This document shows, in pieces, positions 1-7,991 of a DNA stretch of 64,000 bases. The stretch is from Desulfomonilia bacterium (GTDB lineage Bacteria; Desulfobacterota; Desulfomonilia; UBA1062), in NCBI GenBank assembly GCA_050014195.1, contig JBEKDT010000010.1, positions 1 through 64,000 on the forward strand. Reading direction: 5' to 3'. How positions within the stretch are numbered: the first letter of the stretch is position 1; every line of letters starts with the position of its first letter. Both the position numbers and the translations under genes were made by a program. The notes under the pieces are model-generated. The model had not been told where the DNA came from, searched no databases, and saw nothing but the letters and a program-made list of their open reading frames with translations.

Positions 1-173
1 CAAAAATGGAGATATCTTCCCTTCTGAGCGTATATCGGACATATTAAAGGCAAAGAAGGGGATAATTCGACCCGTTTTCAGAGCGTTGGCTCTTTGTAAA
101 CAAGGGTTTCCGGATGGGCACTAATTATGCCTAATCTCTTGACAATCATTCACCCATGCCTGATCATATTTTC

Positions 174-584
174 ATGAGGAGGATTGGTGACATATTGGCA
201 AGAAGCAATGAGCAGATCGGCCAGATTATGAAGGTACGCAGCCGCTGGAAAGAGATAACGGGTGCAGTGCTGGCGGTCCATACAGAGCCTGTGGTGATTA
301 GTAAGAAGATCCTCCATGTCATGTGCGATTCGCCGGCATGGGCACAGCAGATAGGCATGCTGTCAAAGGTGATTGAAAAGCAGATAAAAGATATCACCGG
401 TATTCGGGTGCAAAAGGTGGAAGGCAAATTCGGCATTGTGCGCAAAGCACCCCAAAAAATAAAAACCACCCATGTAATCAGGAGGCCTGACATAGATCCT
501 CGGGATGTGGAAAAACTCAAAGATCCTGATCTCGCTGATGCAATACGTGCATTGATCAGTCTTGAAGGAAACGGCAATGACTGA
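174..584 (+). CDS. dciA: DUF721/DciA-family protein (putative replicative helicase loader)
   Basis: W..I.G..LA.HT.P......L.V.CDSPAWAQQI pattern typical of DUF721; start at 174 (MRRIGDIL) or 156. Confidence 0.7.
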   Translation: MRRIGDILARSNEQIGQIMKVRSRWKEITGAVLAVHTEPVVISKKILHVMCDSPAWAQQIGMLSKVIEKQIKDITGIRVQKVEGKFGIVRKAPQKIKTTHVIRRPDIDPRDVEKLKDPDLADAIRALISLEGNGND

Positions 585-1266
585 AGAGAACAAGAACACG
601 ACCACTCTTCCGAGGATTATTACTGCAGGCCTTATTGGAATTTTATCCTTCATGGCTGTTTCATGCGAGTGGGTCCTTCCCCTTACGTATACCCATGTCA
701 AAACGCCGAGGGAACTGCTTGCTTTTCTTGAATCACGCCGGCAGGACATAAAGGGCATCAAGGTCAACCGTCACCTGCTGGAGATAGGGAAAAGGCCTTC
801 TCTGCAAATCCTCAAGAACTACAACCAGGTCATGTATCAAATGAGGCCGTATCGCCAAATAAACCTTAAATTCAGAAATTTCACCAAAGCGGAAGTCATG
901 GACTTTTGCACGAATATCACTGCGGATGGCCTCGAAAACCTGCGCTCCGCCGTTGCATCGGGCAAAGAGTATACGCCGGTATGGAAGGGCAATAAAAAGG
1001 GTCGAGAGATTGCAATCGTGAGGGTGACACAATTCACCTACCTTGTAACCGGCCTCGCAGACAAGCCCCTGTTCATGGGACAGGTCGAACTTGCCAAGCG
1101 TCTCAATATGGACGATGCCACGGAGCTCAGCCTCATCATTCCTGCTCAAGACCGCTGGTTTGAAAAATTCAAATCAGACCCTTCCCTGAACAAGCAATAT
1201 CCGGTTCAGTTTTTAGGGACCGCACCAGATGAGCTTATTGAATGGCTCGGCAGTCAGGCCCAGTAG
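577..1266 (+). CDS. Hypothetical lipoprotein
   Basis: Long ORF overlapping dciA, RBS GAAGGA, hydrophobic N-terminus ending in lipobox-like AVS-C. Confidence 0.6.
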   Translation: MTEENKNTTTLPRIITAGLIGILSFMAVSCEWVLPLTYTHVKTPRELLAFLESRRQDIKGIKVNRHLLEIGKRPSLQILKNYNQVMYQMRPYRQINLKFRNFTKAEVMDFCTNITADGLENLRSAVASGKEYTPVWKGNKKGREIAIVRVTQFTYLVTGLADKPLFMGQVELAKRLNMDDATELSLIIPAQDRWFEKFKSDPSLNKQYPVQFLGTAPDELIEWLGSQAQ

Positions 1267-1346
1267 ATCTATAAAACCATTCCAGGTACAGTCATATAAA
1301 CTTTATCAGGCCTGGAATCAGCAGGCAATTCAAATTTATCAGAAAC

Positions 1347-1386
1347 TGTAAACACTGTTTACATTGGGCATTGCCTAGTTTATAAT
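1347..1386 (+). promoter_or_regulatory. Sigma-70 promoter (TTTACA-N17-TATAAT) overlapped by palindrome TGTAAACA-C-TGTTTACA (probable TetR operator)
   Basis: -35 at 1358-1363, -10 at 1381-1386, perfect 8-bp inverted repeat at 1347-1363. Confidence 0.7.
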
Positions 1387-1441
1387 ATCTTTCAAAGTCC
1401 TGGCAGCCGCCGGGATATTCATTTTCAGACAAGGAGCAGCC

Positions 1442-3040
1442 ATGTCTTTTCCCGACAGGAACAATCCGTACTCGTTCGATGAGTACCTCCAGTGGAGAAA
1501 CTCCGTGAATTATTACCTCGATGATGAATTCTTCCAGAGGGTCGTGCGGCATTATTCCGGCAGTGAGTGGGATCGCATCCACAATGAGCTCATAAAACTG
1601 TCCGAGAGGGTATCATACCGGTGGAGGGACTTTGCGGAAGCTATTGCATGGCCGGAGAAGAGACCATACATAATGCATTTTGATGGTCATAACCACCGCA
1701 TTGACCGGATTGTGCGGCCGGCCCAGACAGAGCTTATGGAACAAGAGGTCTTTTCGGAGGCCTTGTTTTCGAGCAAGACATTACCGTGGCTCAAGCTCGC
1801 CAAGATGTTTCTTATCTATCAGAACGGCGAGGCCTGTATTGCATGCCCCTTGACCTGCACCGAGGGGCTGGTGGCGTTGCTGGAAAAGTTTGCCGATACG
1901 CCTGATACAAAACGGATTCTTAAGCATTGCAAGGAGGGGCAGCACGGCGACTTTGCGATAGGCGCACAGTACCTTTCCGAGATCCAGGGCGGATCCGATG
2001 TCCCCAGTAATGTACTGGAAGCGGTTAGAGATGGAAAAACCTGGCATATCTATGGAAAAAAGTTCTTCTGTTCTGCCACCCACGCCGACTATGCCGTGGT
2101 GACTGCCAAACCTACAGATACGGAGAAGGTTGCCTTGTTTGTAGTACCTTCATGGCTTCCAGGCGACAAGGAAAGAGAGATCAGGAACGGCTACACCATA
2201 GATAGGATAAAGTGGAAGATGGGCACGAGCGAGCTCACTACTGCAGAGATTACTTTCAATGGCGCACGAGCGTACCCTTTAGGCCCTTTAGACCGGGGGG
2301 TTGCGAACGTAGTAGGGATTGTGCTCACTTTCTCGAGGCTCACCGTTGGACTCTCGGCTGCAGCCTTTATGACCAGGTCGGTCCGGGAGGCAAAGAAATA
2401 CGCTGAATTTAGGGAGGCCTTTGGGCTGAAGATCACACAGTTCCCCATGCTTACAAATCAGCTTCAATGGATCGAGACGTGCGCCATGAGGACCACAGCT
2501 GCGGCATTCAAGCTCTATCGGGAATTTCTGCATCTTGAAGGAGGTCTCAAGGGCGGCCTGGTAAGCAATGAATCTCCCATGACAAAGAAGAAGAGATTCG
2601 CAGTAAGAGAGCTTATCATGCTCCAGAAGATCACAGCTTCATGGGACAGTACTGATGTCATCAGAATGGCTATGTCGGTTTTTGGAGGCCATGGTGTGAT
2701 GGAGGACTTCTCCTCACTTCCCAGGCTTTTCCGCGACTCAGCCATAAACGAGTTATGGGAAGGCCCCAGAAATGTACTCCTAACCCAGATCCATAGGGAT
2801 TTTCAAAGGGCCAGGACGTGGTATGCCCCCCGGGAGTTTGTGAGAGATATCCTCGCAGGGTCCGATGAAACCCTCATGACTGAGATCGGTTCCGAAATGG
2901 ATGATCTTATCTCCCATCCGAGCCTTTTTACCATGGACCAGAAGACCATTGATGTCTGCAGCAGGTGGGACAGCTTCTGCCACAGGCTCTACCATGCATA
3001 CCAGGACAGTGCCCTTAAAGAAGTATTACGTGGTGAATAA
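1442..3040 (+). CDS. Acyl-CoA dehydrogenase family protein (AidB-like)
   Basis: CPLTCT, AQYLSEIQGGSDV, GKKFFCSA, K.KMGT, FGGHG, ELWEGPRNV motifs; RBS AAGGAG. Confidence 0.88.
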   Translation: MSFPDRNNPYSFDEYLQWRNSVNYYLDDEFFQRVVRHYSGSEWDRIHNELIKLSERVSYRWRDFAEAIAWPEKRPYIMHFDGHNHRIDRIVRPAQTELMEQEVFSEALFSSKTLPWLKLAKMFLIYQNGEACIACPLTCTEGLVALLEKFADTPDTKRILKHCKEGQHGDFAIGAQYLSEIQGGSDVPSNVLEAVRDGKTWHIYGKKFFCSATHADYAVVTAKPTDTEKVALFVVPSWLPGDKEREIRNGYTIDRIKWKMGTSELTTAEITFNGARAYPLGPLDRGVANVVGIVLTFSRLTVGLSAAAFMTRSVREAKKYAEFREAFGLKITQFPMLTNQLQWIETCAMRTTAAAFKLYREFLHLEGGLKGGLVSNESPMTKKKRFAVRELIMLQKITASWDSTDVIRMAMSVFGGHGVMEDFSSLPRLFRDSAINELWEGPRNVLLTQIHRDFQRARTWYAPREFVRDILAGSDETLMTEIGSEMDDLISHPSLFTMDQKTIDVCSRWDSFCHRLYHAYQDSALKEVLRGE

Positions 3041-3118
3041 AGATGGCGCTGGATATTAAGTACAACATCAGGGAAATAAATATATAAATCCATTTCCTTG
3101 TGCCTAACATTGGGAGCT

Positions 3119-3769
3119 TTAGTATTTTGAAAAGATATCAGTTTCCTCCGAACGGGCCGCATAAAGGAACATCCTCGCCATGATATGCCCAATGTGATGC
3201 ATGTGCTCGCGCACCTCATGGGCGCTCCTTCCCGGATGCTGTCTGAAGGTGATAAGGATACCGTTCAAGGCGGAAAAGAAACAATGTGAGATCATCCTGA
3301 CATTGTGCTTTGCCCCAGTATTTTCAAAGAGCAGGCCGAACTGGTCGAGCATGGAACGTTCTATGGAATTCAGTTTGTCCAGTAGACCTTCATGAATAGT
3401 GCCTTCCAGCATGAAATGTGTCATCATCTTGAAGTACTGATCATGATCCGTAAGATATGTGATGAATATATCTGCCGCCTCTTCCACTTGAGGCCTTTCA
3501 TCTCTGGAGAGAAGGTCTGAGAATTGTTCGATGAGACGTTTTGTGCCGCGCAGGAAGGCCTCCACAAAAAGGTGCTGCTGATCCGGGAAGTGGCGGTATA
3601 TGAGTGCCGGAGAAATACCCGCCTCTTTGGCAATGTCCCGCATGCTCACCTTTGTGAAGGGTTTTTCAGCAAAGACCTTTTGGGCAGCATCGACGATGAT
3701 GTTCTTCCGTGCGATCCGATTTGACTCCATGGGACTAAGGGGTAGGCCTTTCATAAGGTCTGCATTCAT
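3119..3769 (-). CDS. TetR/AcrR family transcriptional regulator
   Basis: N-terminal HTH AAQKVFAEKPF..VSMRDIAKEAGISPALIYRHF. Confidence 0.9.
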   Translation of the reverse strand: MNADLMKGLPLSPMESNRIARKNIIVDAAQKVFAEKPFTKVSMRDIAKEAGISPALIYRHFPDQQHLFVEAFLRGTKRLIEQFSDLLSRDERPQVEEAADIFITYLTDHDQYFKMMTHFMLEGTIHEGLLDKLNSIERSMLDQFGLLFENTGAKHNVRMISHCFFSALNGILITFRQHPGRSAHEVREHMHHIGHIMARMFLYAARSEETDIFSKY

Positions 3770-4161
3770 CAGTCGGCAGGGATCGTGTACTCTGCTACGG
3801 CGTTTAACCCTTTAAGATAATTCACTGCCTGTTCCACCGCTTTGTAATCGACATAGATAGTTGATTGTATAGTACCATCTTCTCCAGTATGGAGCGCTGA
3901 CGAAAGATAGAGGTATGTACCGCTTTTCGCTGAAAAGATATAGGTCCAGTTACTCGTATAGGCATCAATATCGTTGAGTTCTTGGGTTGTGCCATTTTCA
4001 TCAATATAGGTGATGGACACATGCGGATTAGTGATGGAGGTGCTCACTTCATACTCTACTCTATGCATACCAGGAACCAGGTGATTTCCTCCTCCGCTCC
4101 CGCTGCATCCGAACGGTGACATGAGGAGCATGAATGAAAGGATTGTCCACAAGTATTTCAT
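3769..4161 (-). CDS. Small beta-rich lipoprotein (MmpS-like fold possible)
   Basis: MKYLWTILSFMLLMSPFG-C lipobox, Gly/Ser linker, VEYEV...SITY.D..G pattern; stop overlaps tetR start (TGATG). Confidence 0.6.
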   Translation of the reverse strand: MKYLWTILSFMLLMSPFGCSGSGGGNHLVPGMHRVEYEVSTSITNPHVSITYIDENGTTQELNDIDAYTSNWTYIFSAKSGTYLYLSSALHTGEDGTIQSTIYVDYKAVEQAVNYLKGLNAVAEYTIPAD

Positions 4162-4231
4162 ACGTAAGTCCAAAGTATCATTAAAGCATAAAAAGGGGTT
4201 TCGGTAAAGGGAATCAGGAGAACAATATATA

Positions 4232-4318
4232 TGGTGCCGGGAACAGGACTTGAACCTGCACGAGCTTGCACCCACTAGAACCTGAATCTAGCGCGTCTGC
4301 CAATTCCGCCATCCCGGC
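4232..4318 (-). tRNA. tRNA-Leu (anticodon CAG)
   Basis: GCCGGGATGGCGGAATTGGCAGACGCG...CTAGA-TTCAGGT-TCTAG anticodon arm, long variable arm, GGTTCAAGTCC T-arm, encoded CCA. Confidence 0.97.
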
Positions 4319-4328
4319 ACGCTTTCGC

Positions 4329-4378
4329 TTGAAAACATTCAGTGTTTCCCCTATAGTTGGGAACCTAGTAAAAGTCAA
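4329..4378. promoter_or_regulatory. Bidirectional sigma-70 promoter between tRNA-Leu and ribF
   Basis: Plus strand TTGAAA-N17-TATAGT (4329-4357); minus strand TTGACT-N17-TATAGG (4378-4350). Confidence 0.55.
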
Positions 4379-4384
4379 GGACGG

Positions 4385-5344
4385 ATGTGGATGGTAGTAT
4401 TCCGGGGTATTGAAGCGATTTCTAGGGATGCATTGAGAAAGCCGGTAGTCACTATCGGTAATTTTGACGGCTGTCACAAAGGCCATCAGGAGATATTCCG
4501 CAAAACTCGTACCCATGCATCACGCATCGGCGGTGTCTCTGTTGTGTACACCTTCCATCCCCATCCTGCATCCGTCATTAAGGGAATCACCCCGCAACTC
4601 ATCTATACGGTTGATGAAAAGATCAAGGCTATAGAGTCCCTTGGCATGGACTACCTCATCATCGCACCCTTTACGCGAGAATACGCCGACACGCAGCCGG
4701 AGGTGTTTTTAAAGGAGACCATTGTGCGCAGACTCGGGGCATCCGGTGTAGTGGTAGGACATGACTTCTCCTTCGGCAAGAAGGGCCTGGGTGATATCCC
4801 CTTTCTTAAACGCATTGGCGCAAAAATGGGTTTTTTCGTTGAGTGTGTAGATCCGGTATCTTTTGATGGGAGGGTGATCTCGAGCACGCTCATACGGAAG
4901 ATGATACAGTCAGGAGATGTATCAGGCGCGGCCCGACTCATGCTGCATCCCTACCGTATCAGCGGTCCGGTGATCCATGGCATGGCAAGAGGACGGGACT
5001 TGGGATTTCCAACCGCGAACATAAAACCGGACAAAGCCTTGTTCCCGGCATATGGGGTTTATGCAGTGCACGTCTACATTGGTGAAAAAAGATGGGATGC
5101 AGTGGTAAATATCGGCAACAACCCTACTTTTGGTGATGTAGGTACCTCTATCGAGGCATTTCTCTTTGACTTTAAGGGAGATCTCTATGACAGCGACATA
5201 AATGTGGAATTTATCGAGCACATCCGGGGCGAGATAAAGTTCGCCGACAAGCGTTACCTCATTGAGCAGATTGAGGCTGACTGCCGCATAGCTCGAGATA
5301 TCCTTAAGAAAAGGCATTTGTGTGAAGATCTTCGCAATATCTGA
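4385..5344 (+). CDS. ribF: Bifunctional riboflavin kinase/FAD synthetase
   Basis: TIGNFDGCHKGHQ, VVGHDFSFG, ISSTLIR, GRDLGFPTAN, NIGNNPTF motifs. Confidence 0.96.
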   Translation: MWMVVFRGIEAISRDALRKPVVTIGNFDGCHKGHQEIFRKTRTHASRIGGVSVVYTFHPHPASVIKGITPQLIYTVDEKIKAIESLGMDYLIIAPFTREYADTQPEVFLKETIVRRLGASGVVVGHDFSFGKKGLGDIPFLKRIGAKMGFFVECVDPVSFDGRVISSTLIRKMIQSGDVSGAARLMLHPYRISGPVIHGMARGRDLGFPTANIKPDKALFPAYGVYAVHVYIGEKRWDAVVNIGNNPTFGDVGTSIEAFLFDFKGDLYDSDINVEFIEHIRGEIKFADKRYLIEQIEADCRIARDILKKRHLCEDLRNI

Positions 5345-6032
5345 TCTCCATCTTTCATTTCATGCAGATAAACCTATGGACATATTCGGATCTCACTGGG
5401 AGGCTCACCCGGATCGTTTAAAAAAAGCCTGGTGCGAATCAATCACCAAAAGTGATATCGTATTAATCCCTGGTGATATCTCTTGGGCCATGAAGCTCCA
5501 AGACGCTGTGACCGACTTCGAATTCATTGATTCCTTGCCTGGTACAAAGGTCATCATAAAAGGTAACCACGACTACTGGTGGTCTTCTTTAAACAAGGTG
5601 AAACAGATTCTCCCAACATCCATTATCCCGCTTCAGAATACTGCTGTCCGATTCGGAAATATCGGCATTGCAGGATCCCGTCTCTGGATTGACCCAGACC
5701 TTAGACTCGAGGCAGCCACCGAGGAAGACCGCAAGATATATCAACGGGAACTCGGGAGGTTCTCTCTCTCTCTAAAGGCTTTGCCGGACGATACACAACC
5801 AAGAATCATTATGACGCACTTCCCGCCCATATCTCTGGAGGGGAGGCCGGGCAGGGCGGTCCAGGTTGCAGCGGGCTTCAGATGCTCTATCTGGATATTC
5901 GGACATATGCACCTTGGTACTGTTGACTACCACGGATTCGACCGGACCATCGGCACATCACGTTTCGAGTTCGTATCGGCGGACTTTCTGAACTTCCGTC
6001 CGAAACTCATCTATGATACTGATAATCCTTGA
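5322..6032 (+). CDS. Calcineurin-like metallophosphoesterase
   Basis: SDLH, GDISW, GNHD, THFPP, GHMH motifs; GTG start overlapping ribF. Confidence 0.88.
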   Translation: MKIFAISDLHLSFHADKPMDIFGSHWEAHPDRLKKAWCESITKSDIVLIPGDISWAMKLQDAVTDFEFIDSLPGTKVIIKGNHDYWWSSLNKVKQILPTSIIPLQNTAVRFGNIGIAGSRLWIDPDLRLEAATEEDRKIYQRELGRFSLSLKALPDDTQPRIIMTHFPPISLEGRPGRAVQVAAGFRCSIWIFGHMHLGTVDYHGFDRTIGTSRFEFVSADFLNFRPKLIYDTDNP

Positions 6033-6127
6033 AGATGATACTTGTTTTTTGAAATCATATGGGTGTATCTTGATATTGTAAGGTAATCAAATTATATCAT
6101 GTTATATTTGTGATTTGAGGGAGAGAG

Positions 6128-6877
6128 ATGGACAAAAAAATGAAAATGCCGGGACTTTCAAGAATAGAAAAGTTACCTGATATACCTACGTTAGTGATGA
6201 ATCAAATCATTGAGCTCATATCACAGGGAAAGCTCAAGATCGGTGATAAGCTCCCCTCAGAACAGGAGATGACCGAGCTCTTCGGTATTAGTAGGATCTC
6301 GCTTCGGGAGGCCATGAAGCTACTCGAGGCCAAGGGGTATATCGAGTCGAGGGACAGGAAGGGAAAGTTTGTCAAGTCTCTCACCGATAATGTAAAGTCT
6401 TCCATTGAAGACCTTATATCGATTGATCATGAAAAAATCTGGGAGTTGATCGCAGTTCGGAGACTCATTGATTCTGAGGCGGCATTCCTGGCTGCCAAGA
6501 ATGTTTCAAAGGAACAAAAGAGTCGTTTCAAGAAGATCATCGGCATTCTCGATAAAATCGGGGAAGAGAACATCCTCACTTCCAAGGAAGGAGGGATACT
6601 TTACTCTGACTTCTTCGATATCCTGGCCGACTCGACCAAGAACACTATCTTCCTGCATCTAAGGAAATCTGTTACGACAATTTTGACAGGTGCTTTCCCC
6701 TTTAGCAGAAAGAAACTATCCTTGGTCCCCGGCAGCTCCAAGGACATCACAAAACAGTTGATGAAGATATATGATGCCATTGAAAATAAAGATGCAGATG
6801 CTGCCAAGGCTGCGACTATCGAGCATATCGATTATATTGAGAAATCCCTGAGAAGGGCATTAAAGGAAGAGAAATAG
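6128..6877 (+). CDS. GntR/FadR family transcriptional regulator
   Basis: GDKLPSEQEM...FGISRISLREA wHTH plus FCD-like C-terminus. Confidence 0.9.
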   Translation: MDKKMKMPGLSRIEKLPDIPTLVMNQIIELISQGKLKIGDKLPSEQEMTELFGISRISLREAMKLLEAKGYIESRDRKGKFVKSLTDNVKSSIEDLISIDHEKIWELIAVRRLIDSEAAFLAAKNVSKEQKSRFKKIIGILDKIGEENILTSKEGGILYSDFFDILADSTKNTIFLHLRKSVTTILTGAFPFSRKKLSLVPGSSKDITKQLMKIYDAIENKDADAAKAATIEHIDYIEKSLRRALKEEK

Positions 6878-6887
6878 GAGGTTGATT

Positions 6888-7337
6888 ATGGTTGCAGTAG
6901 GTGAGAAAGTTAAGGACTTTATCCTCAAGGATCATCATGGAAAAGACTTCACCCTCTCAGACTTCAAAGGGCGCAAAGTGCTTCTCTCATTCCACCCCCT
7001 GGCGTGGACAAGTATCTGTGCCAAACAGATGCAGTCGCTCGAAGAGAATAGAGATTATTTTGAAAAGAAAAACACCGTGGCTGTAGGTGTAAGCGTGGAC
7101 AGCACTCCATGTAAAAAGGCTTGGGCAAAAGAGTTGAAAATTGAGAATACCAGGCTTCTTGCCGATTTCTGGCCGCATGGAGGGCTTGCGATCCAGCTTG
7201 GTATCTTCCGGGATAAAGATGGGTTTTCCGAGCGGGCGAATGTGCTCATCGATGAGCAGGGCAAGGTTATGTTCGTCAAGGTCTACCCGATCTCCGAGCT
7301 TCCTGAAATTGGGGAGATACTCAAGGTATTGGGGTAG
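6888..7337 (+). CDS. Peroxiredoxin (AhpE/AhpC-TSA family)
   Basis: FHPLAWTSIC (PxxxTxxC), GVSVDS, LLADFWPHG, ERA motifs. Confidence 0.88.
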   Translation: MVAVGEKVKDFILKDHHGKDFTLSDFKGRKVLLSFHPLAWTSICAKQMQSLEENRDYFEKKNTVAVGVSVDSTPCKKAWAKELKIENTRLLADFWPHGGLAIQLGIFRDKDGFSERANVLIDEQGKVMFVKVYPISELPEIGEILKVLG

Positions 7338-7447
7338 GCTGCTCTACAACTGGATCAACATTGGCAACATAATATCCCATTGTTTTGAACAACGCTGATG
7401 AATATAGGCACCAAGTTAAGATCTAAATGTATAACACGACTTGAATG

Positions 7448-7516
7448 AACAAAAAATAACATGGGGTACCACCTTCTATTAACTTCACTTATCACTTACT
7501 CAAGGCGATACCCCAT
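7448..7516 (-). terminator. 15-bp hairpin with U-rich tail downstream of comEA
   Basis: ATGGGGTATCGCCTT-N26-AAGGTGGTACCCCAT followed by GTTATTTTTTGTT on the minus strand; loop is unusually long. Confidence 0.5.
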
Positions 7517-7543
7517 TTCTTACTCCTTACCCTCGCTGATACG

Positions 7544-7864
7544 TCACTTGACATCTCGCCGTATTGTTGTAGATCCATCTAATTTAATAAATGGTCCGAT
7601 CTCATCGAGCAACTTGCTGTCTACTCCTTTGACCTTGAGAAGGTCATCCAGGGAGCTGAACGGACCATTAACCTCCCTCGCATCGACTATGTTTTGGGCA
7701 ACCGCATCATCGATATAAGGTACTATCAAGAGGTCACTCACCGTTGCTGAGTTGACATTGATCGACCCATTGATATTCGATGTATTAAGGGTTGCAGCAT
7801 AGGATGCACCAAAAGCGACAAAAACCAAAAACACTAAAATTAAGAGTGGTTTAAATTTTTTCAT
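7544..7864 (-). CDS. comEA: ComEA-like helix-hairpin-helix DNA-binding protein
   Basis: Signal peptide; INVNSA...L..VPYI...AQNIV..R..NGPF.SLDDL.KVKG. Confidence 0.82.
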   Translation of the reverse strand: MKKFKPLLILVFLVFVAFGASYAATLNTSNINGSINVNSATVSDLLIVPYIDDAVAQNIVDAREVNGPFSSLDDLLKVKGVDSKLLDEIGPFIKLDGSTTIRRDVK

Positions 7865-7991
7865 GATATTTTCTCCTTTCAATCATTCTATCTGCTCGGG
7901 CGTTCATTAGGGACATGAATCAAGGTGGTCAAGGGGTTAATAAAAGAAAGGGGGTTCAAGGGAGAATATTGAGCTTTCCGCTATAAGTTTT

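Noticed and set aside
562-4318. Genomic island integrated at the tRNA-Leu 3' end
   Set aside because: No integrase and no duplicated tRNA 3' end seen in the window
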